The translations under genes were made by a program, and so were the position numbers. A DNA stretch of 64,000 bases from Bordetella parapertussis (lineage in GTDB: Bacteria > Pseudomonadota > Gammaproteobacteria > Burkholderiales > SG8-39). The stretch covers positions 2,091-66,090 of the forward strand of contig CAMAXP010000021.1 of the NCBI GenBank assembly GCA_945862265.1, written 5' to 3'. Within the stretch, counting starts at the first letter, position 1; each line of letters begins with the position of its first letter. Positions 56,045 through 64,000 of this stretch are shown in pieces. The notes beneath the pieces were generated by a model. The model was given only the letters and a program-made list of their open reading frames with translations. It was not told the DNA's origin and searched no databases.

Positions 56045-56796
56045 AGCCGCGCCTCGCTTTCGAGTTTGAGCTGGAGGTCGCGCCACGCGCGTATCTGCAG
56101 CGGGTTCGCCTTGCGTGAATCACGCACGAGGGTCACGTCGTCGTCATTGAAACTGTAGACCGGGACGAGGTCCGCACGCTCCGATGCAGGCCGCACGCGG
56201 TCGTCGAGGTTGTCCAGGATCAAAGGCTCGGCCCCGGGCGAGGCGTAGTAGGCGAGAACCATGTGCGCCTGGTTCAGGCGGACAGCCTTTACGTAGGTGA
56301 TCCTCAGCCGCTCGACCGGCACTCCAAACTCCTTCAGCAGGAAATACTTCGCGATCGAATAGTCTTCGCAATCACCGCCGTAACTGGCGACCGTTTCAGC
56401 TGGAGTCGCCCAGTAATCCTCGACTCCCCAGTGCGAAGCGTCGGAAAGGAATGGTACCCGGTTGAAGTACGAGTTGACAGCCTGGAGCGCATCGCGCTCG
56501 GTACCGGCGACTTCGAGCAGGCGGGCGATGCGGGGCGATGCCTTCTGGCCGCGAGCAAACTCCACCCATGAGATGAGGCGCTCGCGCACGTCCGCGCCGA
56601 ATTGGCGAACGTAAGACGTAATCAATCCGGGCGTGACTCGGGAGGTGAAACCAAGGTCGGCCGAAGATGCCGTGGCAACCCAGGCTATCGCGAGCGCCAG
56701 TGCAGCAACTGTAACGGATGCAACGCAACTACCCGGGCGGGTCAGCTGGAAATAAAAAAGGCCGGGGAGTACCCGGCCTTTCCCGCCCTCCGGCAT
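56041..56796 (-). CDS. lapG: LapG-like periplasmic transglutaminase-like cysteine protease (BTLCP family)
   Basis: 251 aa. Signal/TM segment VASVTVAALALAIAWVATASSA. Catalytic Cys context YGGDCEDYSIAKYFLL, followed by QAHMVLAYY and LILDNLDD. It sits directly upstream of lapD. The start is uncertain (see finding). Confidence 0.8.
   Translation of the reverse strand: MPEGGKGRVLPGLFYFQLTRPGSCVASVTVAALALAIAWVATASSADLGFTSRVTPGLITSYVRQFGADVRERLISWVEFARGQKASPRIARLLEVAGTERDALQAVNSYFNRVPFLSDASHWGVEDYWATPAETVASYGGDCEDYSIAKYFLLKEFGVPVERLRITYVKAVRLNQAHMVLAYYASPGAEPLILDNLDDRVRPASERADLVPVYSFNDDDVTLVRDSRKANPLQIRAWRDLQLKLESEARL
56760..56778 (-). terminator. Rho-independent terminator downstream of rplQ
   Basis: Minus-strand RNA reads GGCCGGG-UACUC-CCCGGCC followed by UUUUUUAUUU. 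That is a 7-bp GC stem, a 5-nt loop and a U6 tract (complement of 56759-56754), beginning about 26 nt after the rplQ stop. Confidence 0.65.
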
Positions 56797-56804
56797 TGGC
56801 GAGC

Positions 56805-57209
56805 CTACGCAGCCGCTTTTTCAGCGGACTTGGGATCGACCGGCTTTTCCTCCGGCTGGTCCATCAGCATCACAAGCGCCATCGGGGCATTGTCACCCTT
56901 GCGAAAGCCGTTCTTGAGGATGCTCAGGTACCCACCGTTGCGTTTGGCATAGCGCGGACCGAGTTCGTCGAAAAGCTTGCCGACGATCTCCCGGTCGCGC
57001 AACCGGTTGAAAGCGAGCCGGCGATTGGCCAGCGTCGGCGTCTTGCCGAGCGTGATGAGGGGCTCGACGATCCGGCGGAGTTCCTTCGCCTTAGGCAGCG
57101 TCGTGTTGATGGTTTCGTGGCGCAACATCGAAACCGCCATGTTGCGGAACATGGCGAGCCGGTGGCTCGAGGTGCGGTTGAGTTTTCTGAGTCCGTGGCC
57201 GTGGCGCAT
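56805..57209 (-). CDS. rplQ: 50S ribosomal protein L17
   Basis: 134 aa. [46 protein letters not shown] is canonical for L17. Confidence 0.97.
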   Translation of the reverse strand: MRHGHGLRKLNRTSSHRLAMFRNMAVSMLRHETINTTLPKAKELRRIVEPLITLGKTPTLANRRLAFNRLRDREIVGKLFDELGPRYAKRNGGYLSILKNGFRKGDNAPMALVMLMDQPEEKPVDPKSAEKAAA

Positions 57210-57227
57210 GGCTAGTTCCTTTGTTCC

Positions 57228-58211
57228 TTAGTTCCGGCCGTGCTCGAGACCGGCGGGCGGCCAGTTTTCGAGCTTCATGCCGAGCGTGAGGCCGCGCGAG
57301 GCCAAGACTTCCTTGATCTCGTTGAGCGACTTGCGGCCCAGGTTAGGCGTCTTCAGCAGCTCTGTTTCCGTGCGCTGGATGAGGTCGCCGATGTAGTAGA
57401 TGTTTTCGGCCTTGAGGCAGTTGGCCGAACGCACCGTCAGTTCAAGGTCGTCCACCGGGCGCAGCAGGATCGGGTCGACCTGCGGGGATTTCGGCATCTC
57501 AGTAGGCATCGCGGTGCCCTCGAGCTGCGCAAAAACCGACAGTTGGTCAACGAGAATGCGCGCCGCGTAGCGGATCGACTCCTCGGGCTCGATGGAGCCG
57601 TTCGTCTCGATGTCGATCACGAGCTTGTCGAGGTCCGTGCGCTGCTCGACCCGGGCCGATTCGACAAGGTACGAAACGCGGCGAACCGGGCTGAACGAGG
57701 CATCGAGGATGACGCGCCCGATTCCCTTGGTCTCTTCCGGCAGGTAGCGCATGTTCCCAGGCACATAGCCGCGGCCCATTTCCACCTTGATCTGCATCTC
57801 GAGCTTGCCGCCTGCCGTGAGGTGGGCGACAACGTGCTCAGGGTTGATGATCTCGACGTCGTGCTGCTCCTCGATGTCGGCCGCCGTCACAACACCCTCA
57901 CCGTTCTTCTTCAGGGTGAGGATGGCTTCCTGGCGGTTGTGCAGGCGAAGCACCACTCCCTTGAGGTTCAGCAGGATGTCGACGATGTCCTCGCGGACTC
58001 CGTCAAGCGTCGAATACTCGTGCACCACGCCGACGATCTGAACCTCGGTGGGTGCGTAGCCAGGCATCGAGGAAAGCAGCACGCGGCGAAGCGCGTTGCC
58101 CAGGGTGTGGCCATAGCCGCGCTCGAAAGGCTCCATCGTCACCTTGGCGTGGTACGGGGAAAGATTCTGCACATCGACGATGCGCGGCTTCAGAAATCCG
58201 GTCTGCGGCAT
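57228..58211 (-). CDS. rpoA: DNA-directed RNA polymerase alpha subunit
   Basis: 327 aa. Motifs [23 protein letters not shown] and the C-terminal domain [24 protein letters not shown]. Confidence 0.97.
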   Translation of the reverse strand: MPQTGFLKPRIVDVQNLSPYHAKVTMEPFERGYGHTLGNALRRVLLSSMPGYAPTEVQIVGVVHEYSTLDGVREDIVDILLNLKGVVLRLHNRQEAILTLKKNGEGVVTAADIEEQHDVEIINPEHVVAHLTAGGKLEMQIKVEMGRGYVPGNMRYLPEETKGIGRVILDASFSPVRRVSYLVESARVEQRTDLDKLVIDIETNGSIEPEESIRYAARILVDQLSVFAQLEGTAMPTEMPKSPQVDPILLRPVDDLELTVRSANCLKAENIYYIGDLIQRTETELLKTPNLGRKSLNEIKEVLASRGLTLGMKLENWPPAGLEHGRN

Positions 58212-58274
58212 GTTTGCGATCCTGACCTGTAGGTAAAACGCGCGCCCCGAAACCCGGAGCGCGACTGATTACGA

Positions 58275-58904
58275 TTACTTGGAATAAAGCTCGACGACCA
58301 GACTCTCGTTGATCGAGGACGGCAGTTCCGAGCGCTGGGGCAGGTTCTTGAAAGTGCCCTTGAGTGCTTTCGCGTCGACGTCCAGCCACTCGGGAACGCC
58401 GCGGCTTTCCGTCGCTTCGGCAGCCGCCTTGATGCGCAACTGGTCCTTGGCCGGGCCGGCCACTTCCACCACGTCACCGGGTTTCACGAAATACGAGGGA
58501 ATGTTCACCCGCTTGGCGTTCACCAGGATGCCGTTGTGGCGCACGATCTGGCGGGACTCGGAGCGCGACGCGCCGAAGCCCATGCGGAACACGACCGTAT
58601 CGAGGCGCGACTCGAGCAGTTGCAGCAGGTTCTCGCCGGTGATCCCTTTTTTGCGATCCGCTTCGGCGTAGATCTTGCGGAACTGGCGTTCGAGGATGCC
58701 GTAAATCCGGCGCATCTTCTGCTTTTCACGCAACTGCTTGCCGTAATCGGACAGGCGCATGCCGCTCTTCTGGCCATGCTGGCCGGGCGCGTAGGCGCGG
58801 CGCTCGATGGCGCACTTGTCGGTAAAGCACTTCTCGCCCTTGAGGAAGAGCTTCTCGCCTTCCCGGCGGCACTGACGGCACTTTGCGTCGAGGTTCCTTG
58901 CCAT
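58275..58904 (-). CDS. rpsD: 30S ribosomal protein S4
   Basis: 209 aa. [36 protein letters not shown] is the canonical S4 N-terminus. Confidence 0.97.
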   Translation of the reverse strand: MARNLDAKCRQCRREGEKLFLKGEKCFTDKCAIERRAYAPGQHGQKSGMRLSDYGKQLREKQKMRRIYGILERQFRKIYAEADRKKGITGENLLQLLESRLDTVVFRMGFGASRSESRQIVRHNGILVNAKRVNIPSYFVKPGDVVEVAGPAKDQLRIKAAAEATESRGVPEWLDVDAKALKGTFKNLPQRSELPSSINESLVVELYSK

Positions 58905-58919
58905 GATTTCTCCTTGACC

Positions 58920-59333
58920 TTAGACGCGGCGCTTCTTGGGAGCGCGGCAGCCGTTATGGGGCACCGGCGTGACGTCCGCGATGCTGCTGATCTTAATGCC
59001 GATCGCGTTGAGCGCGCGCACAGCCGACTCGCGCCCGGGGCCGGGACCCTTGATGCGCACTTCGATATTCTTTACCCCGCACTCCTGGGCGGCACGCCCG
59101 GCACGCTCGGCCGCAATCTGCGCGGCAAAGGGCGTCGACTTGCGCGAACCCTTGAAGCCCGCGTTGCCCGAGGTTGCCCACGACAGGGTGTTGCCTTGTC
59201 GGTCGGTGATGGTAATGATGGTGTTGTTGAATGACGCGTGCACGTGGGCGATGCCCTCGGCGACGTTCTTCTTCACCTTTTTGCGCGCCCGCGCTGCGGA
59301 CTGCACTTGCTGCTGGTTTGGGATCTTGGCCAT
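58920..59333 (-). CDS. rpsK: 30S ribosomal protein S11
   Basis: 137 aa. Motifs [49 protein letters not shown]. Confidence 0.97.
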   Translation of the reverse strand: MAKIPNQQQVQSAARARKKVKKNVAEGIAHVHASFNNTIITITDRQGNTLSWATSGNAGFKGSRKSTPFAAQIAAERAGRAAQECGVKNIEVRIKGPGPGRESAVRALNAIGIKISSIADVTPVPHNGCRAPKKRRV

Positions 59334-59363
59334 GTGTTTCCTAGGAATTCGTTACCGGGCGGA

Positions 59364-59744
59364 TCAGCCCTTGCTCGGTGCTGCCTTGCCTGCGATTGCG
59401 GCCTTGCGCGGGCCCTTGCGTGTACGTGCGTTGGTGCGCGTGCGCTGACCACGGACCGGCAGGCCCTTGCGGTGACGCAGGCCTCGGTAGCAGCCAAGGT
59501 CCATCAGGCGCTTGATGCTCATCGACACTTCGCGGCGAAGATCGCCTTCGACGGTGAACTTGGCCACCGCTTCGCGCAGGCGGTCGACCTCGGCGTCCGA
59601 AAGGTCCTTCATCTTGCGCGTGCCGATGACGCCGGCCGCCTTGCAGATGGCCTCGGCGCGAGCGTGACCGATGCCATAAATGGCAGTCAGAGCGACGTCG
59701 GCGTGCTGGTGGTTGGGAATGTTGATTCCGGCGATACGTGCCAT
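59364..59744 (-). CDS. rpsM: 30S ribosomal protein S13
   Basis: 126 aa. Motifs [47 protein letters not shown]. Confidence 0.97.
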   Translation of the reverse strand: MARIAGINIPNHQHADVALTAIYGIGHARAEAICKAAGVIGTRKMKDLSDAEVDRLREAVAKFTVEGDLRREVSMSIKRLMDLGCYRGLRHRKGLPVRGQRTRTNARTRKGPRKAAIAGKAAPSKG

Positions 59745-59783
59745 GGCTTACTCCGCAGATCTTTTAGCGAGTTCTGAAGTCAA

Positions 59784-59808
59784 CTTCGGCGAAAACAGAA
59801 AGCCGAAG
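59784..59808 (-). promoter_or_regulatory. Stem-loop in the rpmJ-rpsM spacer; candidate alpha-operon leader element
   Basis: CTTCGGC (59784-59790) and GCCGAAG (59802-59808) form a 7-bp stem with an 11-nt A-rich loop, 40 nt upstream of the rpsM start on the transcribed strand. The function is an inference only. Confidence 0.3.
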
Positions 59809-59841
59809 AGTATATCCGAAAAATCCTGTTTGTTCAACGTA

Positions 59842-59955
59842 TTACCCTTGCCGCTGCTTATGGCGCGGATCGGTGCAGATGACCCTGACCACGCGCTTGC
59901 GCCGGACAATCTTGCACTTGCGGCAGATTTTCTTTACCGAAGCCATCACTTTCAT
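59842..59955 (-). CDS. rpmJ: 50S ribosomal protein L36
   Basis: Own translation: [37 protein letters not shown], 37 aa. It is too short for the ORF track. Confidence 0.95.
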   Translation of the reverse strand: MKVMASVKKICRKCKIVRRKRVVRVICTDPRHKQRQG

Positions 59956-59971
59956 GGTGCTCTCCTGTTTC

Positions 59972-60190
59972 CTACTTCGCGCGGAACACGATGCGTGCCC
60001 GCGATAGGTCGTACGGGGTCAATTCCACCGTGACCTTGTCACCCGGCAGGATGCGGATGTAGTGCATCCGCATCTTCCCGGAAATGTGCCCGAGTACGAT
60101 GTGACCGTTCTCCAGCTTGACCCTGAAGGTCGCATTGGGCAGGTTTTCGACGATCTCGCCCGCCATCTGGATCACGTCTTCCTTCGACAT
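59972..60190 (-). CDS. infA: Translation initiation factor IF-1
   Basis: 72 aa. [70 protein letters not shown]. Confidence 0.97.
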   Translation of the reverse strand: MSKEDVIQMAGEIVENLPNATFRVKLENGHIVLGHISGKMRMHYIRILPGDKVTVELTPYDLSRARIVFRAK

Positions 60191-60208
60191 AAGCTGCTTC
60201 GCTTCTCC

Positions 60209-61528
60209 TTAGCGGGCCGTGAGGCCGCCCTTGAAGTTGGCCTTCTTGAGCAGGCTTTCGTACTGGTGCGTCATGACGTAGGCCTGTACCTGCGCCATGA
60301 AATCCATGGTCACCACCACGATGATCAACAGCGACGTACCGCCGAAATAGAAGGGCACGTTCCACTTCAGGATCAGGAATTCGGGCAGGAGGCAGACGAC
60401 GGTCACGTAGACCGCCCCAACCAGCGTCAGCCGTACGAGTATCTTCTCGAGGTAGCGTGCGGTCTGGTCGCCGGGCCGGATGCCCGGCACGAACGCGCCG
60501 GACTTCTTCAGGTTGTCCGCCGTTTCCTTGGGATTGTACTGAAGCGCGGTGTAGAAAAAGCAGAAGAACACGATCAGCGCGGCATAGATCATTACGTAAA
60601 TCGGCTGCCCGGGCGACAGCGTGGCGGCGATGTCCTTGAGCCAGTTCATGCCCTCGGCCGCTCCGAACCAGCCGAGAAGCGTGGCGGGAAACAGGATCAG
60701 GGACGAGGCGAAAATCGGGGGAATCACGCCCGCCATGTTCAGCTTGAACGGCAGGTGGGAGCTCTGGCCGCCGTAGATCTTGTTGCCCACCTGGCGCTTG
60801 GCGTAGTTGACCAGGATCTTGCGCTGGCCGCGCTCCACAAAGCACACAAACGCGGTCACGACCACAACGGATGCGACAATGAACAGCGCAGTTACCGGAT
60901 GCATCGCGCCGGTACGTACCAACTCGAGCGTACCGGCAATCGCGGTCGGCAGGCCTGCGGCGATCCCGGCGAAGATGATGATCGAAATTCCGTTGCCCAG
61001 CCCGCGCTCGGTGATCTGCTCGCCGAGCCACATGAGAAACATGGTGCCGGTAACCAGCGTCGTGACCGTTGTGAGCCGGAACATCAAACCCGGATCCAGA
61101 ACCAGCCCGGCCTGGGACTCCAGCGCAATCGAAATACCGGTGGCCTGGAACAAGGCCAGCACGAGGGTCCCGTAACGCGTGTACTGGGTGATCTTGCGGC
61201 GGCCCGTTTCGCCTTCCTTGCGCAGCTGTTCGAGCTGCGGGCTGACCGCGGTCATCAGCTGCATGATGATCGAGGCCGAAATGTACGGCATGATCCCCAG
61301 CGCAAAAATCGTGAAGCGGGAGAGAGCACCGCCCGAGAACATGTTGAACATGCCCAGGATCCCGCCCTGCTGGCTCTTGAAGAGGTCGGCCAGGACGTTG
61401 GGATCGATGCCCGGCACCGGGATGTGCGCGCCCACGCGGAACACAAGCAACGCCCCAAGAAGAAAGAACAGCCTCTTCTTGAGGTCGCCGTAGCGTCCAG
61501 AACGGGCTTGCGGGAGCGCAGCAGCCAC
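60209..61528 (-). CDS. secY: Preprotein translocase subunit SecY
   Basis: 439 aa and polytopic. Motifs [31 protein letters not shown]. Confidence 0.97.
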   Translation of the reverse strand: MAAALPQARSGRYGDLKKRLFFLLGALLVFRVGAHIPVPGIDPNVLADLFKSQQGGILGMFNMFSGGALSRFTIFALGIMPYISASIIMQLMTAVSPQLEQLRKEGETGRRKITQYTRYGTLVLALFQATGISIALESQAGLVLDPGLMFRLTTVTTLVTGTMFLMWLGEQITERGLGNGISIIIFAGIAAGLPTAIAGTLELVRTGAMHPVTALFIVASVVVVTAFVCFVERGQRKILVNYAKRQVGNKIYGGQSSHLPFKLNMAGVIPPIFASSLILFPATLLGWFGAAEGMNWLKDIAATLSPGQPIYVMIYAALIVFFCFFYTALQYNPKETADNLKKSGAFVPGIRPGDQTARYLEKILVRLTLVGAVYVTVVCLLPEFLILKWNVPFYFGGTSLLIIVVVTMDFMAQVQAYVMTHQYESLLKKANFKGGLTAR

Positions 61529-61552
61529 TATGTTGATCCAGTCGGCGCCTTG

Positions 61553-62008
61553 TTAGGCGGCCGGCTGGGCCTCCACGATCTCGATCGAGCCGCCTGCGGC
61601 TTCGATCGCGGCGCGGGCGCCTTTGGTAACCTTGATGCCCTTGAGGCTCACTTTCTTGTCCAGCTTGCCCGACAGGATCACCTTCGCACCGAGCGCATCG
61701 CGGCGGATCACACCGGCGAGCTTGAGCGCAGTCAGGTCGATGTCGGTAACCGGCATCTTCTGGAGTTCGTCAAGGCGCACTTCGGCCGTCAGCCCGCGGG
61801 TGATCGACGTAAAGCCGCGCTTGGGCAGCCGGCGATGCAAAGGCATCTGGCCACCCTCGAAGCCGACCTTGTGAAAGCCGCCCGAACGCGACTTCTGGCC
61901 CTTGTGCCCGCGACCGGCAGTCTTGCCCAGGCCCGAGCCGATGCCGCGGCCGACGCGGCGGCGGTTCTTCTTGGAACCTTCAGCCGGTTTCAGATCGTTA
62001 AGGCGCAT
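61553..62008 (-). CDS. rplO: 50S ribosomal protein L15
   Basis: 151 aa. [44 protein letters not shown]. Confidence 0.97.
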   Translation of the reverse strand: MRLNDLKPAEGSKKNRRRVGRGIGSGLGKTAGRGHKGQKSRSGGFHKVGFEGGQMPLHRRLPKRGFTSITRGLTAEVRLDELQKMPVTDIDLTALKLAGVIRRDALGAKVILSGKLDKKVSLKGIKVTKGARAAIEAAGGSIEIVEAQPAA

Positions 62009-62022
62009 TGCTTTTCTCCGAA

Positions 62023-62205
62023 TCAGGCCACTACCTGGACGAGGTAGTAGACCTTGTTGATCATGCCGCGCACCGACGGGGTGTCTTCGAGTTCCACCGT
62101 GTGGTGCATGCGCTTGAGCCCAAGCCCACGCACCGTGTCGCGGTGACTCTGCTTGCAGCCTGCGGTGCTCTTGACGAGCTTTACTTTGATTCTCTTGTCT
62201 GCCAT
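62023..62205 (-). CDS. rpmD: 50S ribosomal protein L30
   Basis: Start ATG 62205-62203. 60 aa. [58 protein letters not shown]. The track ORF to 62340 is over-extended. Confidence 0.95.
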   Translation of the reverse strand: MADKRIKVKLVKSTAGCKQSHRDTVRGLGLKRMHHTVELEDTPSVRGMINKVYYLVQVVA

Positions 62206-62216
62206 GGCATCGGTCC

Positions 62217-62735
62217 TCAGGCCAGAAGCTCTTCGACTTTCTTGCCGCGCTTGGCGGCGATCTCGGCCGGGGTGTTCATCGCAAGCAGGCCGTTCAACGT
62301 GGCGCGCACGACGTTGTACGGGTTGGTCGAACCGAAGCACTTGGCGAGAATGTTGGTCACGCCCATCACTTCGAACACCGCGCGCATCGGGCCGCCCGCG
62401 ATAATGCCGGTACCGTCGGACGCCGGCTGCATCAGCACCACAGCTGCGCCATGCCGGCCGATGACTGCGTGGTGCAGCGTGCCGTTCTTCAGGCTGATCT
62501 TGACCTGCTTGCGGCGCGCTTCGTCCATGGCCTTCTGCACGGCAACGGGCACCTCACGCGACTTGCCCTTACCCATGCCGACGCCACCGTCGCCGTCACC
62601 AACCACGGTGAGCGCGGCGAAGCCGAGGATCCGGCCGCCCTTCACCACCTTGGTGACGCGGTTGATCGCCACCATCTTTTCGCGCATACCGTCGCCGCGG
62701 TCTTCGCTCTGCATCCTGGATTGCATCTTCGCCAT
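62217..62735 (-). CDS. rpsE: 30S ribosomal protein S5
   Basis: 172 aa. Motifs [42 protein letters not shown]. Confidence 0.97.
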   Translation of the reverse strand: MAKMQSRMQSEDRGDGMREKMVAINRVTKVVKGGRILGFAALTVVGDGDGGVGMGKGKSREVPVAVQKAMDEARRKQVKISLKNGTLHHAVIGRHGAAVVLMQPASDGTGIIAGGPMRAVFEVMGVTNILAKCFGSTNPYNVVRATLNGLLAMNTPAEIAAKRGKKVEELLA

Positions 62736-62753
62736 TTCTCTTATTCCCCTGGC

Positions 62754-63110
62754 TTAGAACTTGAGGCCGCCGGCGCGGGCCGCGTCGGCAAGGGCCTTGA
62801 CACGGCCGTGATAACGGTAGCCGCCGCGGTCGAAAGCGACCGACTCGATGCCTGCGGCTTTCGCTTTCTCCGCAATGCGCTGGCCGACCACTTCGGCCGC
62901 CTTGACGTTTCCGCCATGCTTGAGCTGCGCGCGCACTTCCTTCTCCGCGGTGGAGGCGCTCGCAAGAACCTTGGCTCCGTCGCCCGCGGTGATTTGCGCG
63001 TAGATGTGTAAGTTGGTGCGCGTGACAGTGAGGCGGATCGCATCGATCTCGCGGATCTTTGCGCGGGTCTTGCGCGCCCGGCGCAGGCGGGCTGTATTTT
63101 TGTCGAACAT
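62754..63110 (-). CDS. rplR: 50S ribosomal protein L18
   Basis: 118 aa. Motifs [12 protein letters not shown] and [26 protein letters not shown]. Confidence 0.97.
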   Translation of the reverse strand: MFDKNTARLRRARKTRAKIREIDAIRLTVTRTNLHIYAQITAGDGAKVLASASTAEKEVRAQLKHGGNVKAAEVVGQRIAEKAKAAGIESVAFDRGGYRYHGRVKALADAARAGGLKF

Positions 63111-63122
63111 GATCGGGCTCCG

Positions 63123-63656
63123 TTACTTCTTCTTCGTCTCTTTCAAGACGATGGTCTCGTCGGAATAGCGCACGCCCTTGCCTTTGTAAGGCTCGGGGGC
63201 GCGGTAGGCGCGGACTTCCGCGGCCACCTGGCCGACCTTCTGTTTATCAACGCCGCTGATCAGGATCTCGGTCTGCGTCGGCGTCACGACCTTCACGCCA
63301 GCGGGCATCTGGTGCACTACCGGGTGCGAAAAGCCCAGCGTCAGGTTGAGCTTGTCGCCCTGTGCCTGCGCGCGATAACCGACGCCCACCAGCTGGAGCT
63401 TTCTTTCCCAGCCCTTGGTCACGCCGACCACCATGTTGGACACCAGCGCGCGCACCGTGCCGAACATGGCCTTGGCGTGGCGTGAGTTGCCCAGCACCTT
63501 GCACTGCAAGGTCTCGCCCTCGCGCTCGATGCCGACGTTCGGGTCCAACGGGCGCGCGATCACGCCGAGCGGGCCCTTCACGGAGATCTGCCCGCCGGCC
63601 GTGGTGATTTCCACGCCCTTGGGGACGACTATCGGGTTCTTTCCAATTCGGGACAT
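63123..63656 (-). CDS. rplF: 50S ribosomal protein L6
   Basis: Start ATG 63656 ([17 protein letters not shown]...). 177 aa. Motifs [14 protein letters not shown]. The track ORF to 63701 is over-extended. Confidence 0.96.
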   Translation of the reverse strand: MSRIGKNPIVVPKGVEITTAGGQISVKGPLGVIARPLDPNVGIEREGETLQCKVLGNSRHAKAMFGTVRALVSNMVVGVTKGWERKLQLVGVGYRAQAQGDKLNLTLGFSHPVVHQMPAGVKVVTPTQTEILISGVDKQKVGQVAAEVRAYRAPEPYKGKGVRYSDETIVLKETKKK

Positions 63657-63666
63657 GATCTGTTCC

Positions 63667-64000
63667 TTAGGCCACGATGCAGAGGACTTCGCCGCCGACA
63701 CCGGTGGCGCGAGCCTTGCCGTCCGTCATCACGCCACGCGAGGTCGACAGGATGGCGATTCCCAGCCCGTTCATGACCTTCGGCAGGTCGTCACGACCCT
63801 TGTAGACCCGCAGGCCCGGCTTCGAGATGCGCTCGATCTTCTCGATCACTGGACGGCCCGCGTAGTACTTGAGGCTCACCACCAGCTCGGACTTGCCATC
63901 GATGTCGCGCTGCCCGAAGTCCTCGATGTAGCCTTCGTCCTTGAGGACCTTGGCAATCGAAGACTTGAGCCGCGACGCGGGCATCTTCACTTCAAGATGG
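63667..64000 (-). CDS. rpsH: 30S ribosomal protein S8 (partial; N-terminus beyond the window edge)
   Basis: C-terminal sequence ...[23 protein letters not shown]...[48 protein letters not shown]. The frame stays open to nt 64000. Confidence 0.95.
   Translation of the reverse strand, partial: HLEVKMPASRLKSSIAKVLKDEGYIEDFGQRDIDGKSELVVSLKYYAGRPVIEKIERISKPGLRVYKGRDDLPKVMNGLGIAILSTSRGVMTDGKARATGVGGEVLCIVA

Noticed and set aside
60062-62047. 661-aa plus-strand ORF
   Set aside because: It is antisense to infA, secY and rplO, so it is not credible opposite universally conserved genes.
1-64000. Search for CRISPR arrays, tRNA/rRNA genes, IS elements, integrases, prophage genes, toxin-antitoxin or known defence-system signatures
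   Set aside because: I saw no repeat-spacer periodicity, no tRNA-like intergenic sequences (all gaps are 139 nt or shorter), and no transposase, recombinase, nuclease-ATPase or reverse-transcriptase-like ORFs. The two gene remnants (SDR and Bug) are not flanked by mobile-element genes. This was a by-eye scan only, without a repeat finder or HMM search, so short or degenerate elements could have been missed.

Overview
GC-rich chromosomal segment, probably from a Burkholderiales-type betaproteobacterium. That assignment is an inference from three things: many Bug/TctC-family binding proteins, a MuxABC-OpmB/MdtABC-type efflux operon, and infA sitting between secY and rpmJ. All calls come from reading the ORF-track proteins and hand-translating selected stretches. 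No database search was run, so family assignments rest on motifs I recognise. Content by region: (1) 1-10.5 kb is an aromatic-catabolism cluster. One strand carries a partial HpaB-like monooxygenase, an MhpB-like extradiol dioxygenase, a NitT/TauT-type ABC importer, an MFS transporter, and an unusual soluble Sdh/Frd-like flavoprotein with a 2Fe-2S-only partner. The other strand carries marR and Rieske oxygenase alpha/beta genes. (2) 10.5-19.7 kb is a four-gene RND efflux operon (adaptor, two RND pumps, outer-membrane factor). (3) 19.8-31.4 kb holds four intact Bug-family binding proteins interleaved with hydroxy-acid and organic-acid enzymes. These are an LldD-like oxidase, a HIBADH-like reductase, a DapA-like aldolase, a decayed SDR gene, and a PEP-mutase/isocitrate-lyase-family gene followed by LeuC/LeuD-like genes. 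(4) 31.4-35 kb holds HutD-like, a Rossmann oxidoreductase, a secreted hypothetical protein, tag and a GST. (5) 35.2-42.1 kb is a marR-led operon of the CoA-dependent 2-aminobenzoate/salicylate type: CoA ligase, RidA, a fused FAD-monooxygenase/OYE-reductase, enoyl-CoA hydratase and acyl-CoA dehydrogenase. (6) 42.8-54.1 kb holds an IlvD/Edd dehydratase, TRAP DctQ/DctM followed by indolepyruvate oxidoreductase IorAB, gentisate 1,2-dioxygenase, an alpha/beta hydrolase, a transglutaminase-like protein and a glycerate-kinase (MOFRL) protein. (7) 54.1-56.8 kb is the lapG-lapD c-di-GMP effector pair. (8) 56.8-64 kb is the ribosomal spc/alpha operon tail, rpsH through rplQ, including secY, infA, rpmJ and rpoA. 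Many adjacent genes are joined by 4-nt ATGA/GTGA stop-start overlaps. I found no CRISPR array, tRNA, rRNA, transposase, integrase, phage gene or recognisable defence system. The best candidates for undescribed biology are modest: the Sdh-like/2Fe-2S pair in the Rieske cluster, the Bug plus lyase plus LeuCD-like module, RidA inside the aminobenzoyl-CoA operon, the binding-protein-less TRAP-IorAB operon, and lapGD abutting rplQ with the rplQ terminator inside the lapG 5' coding region. Most long ORFs in the track are antisense shadows typical of high-GC DNA and were rejected.
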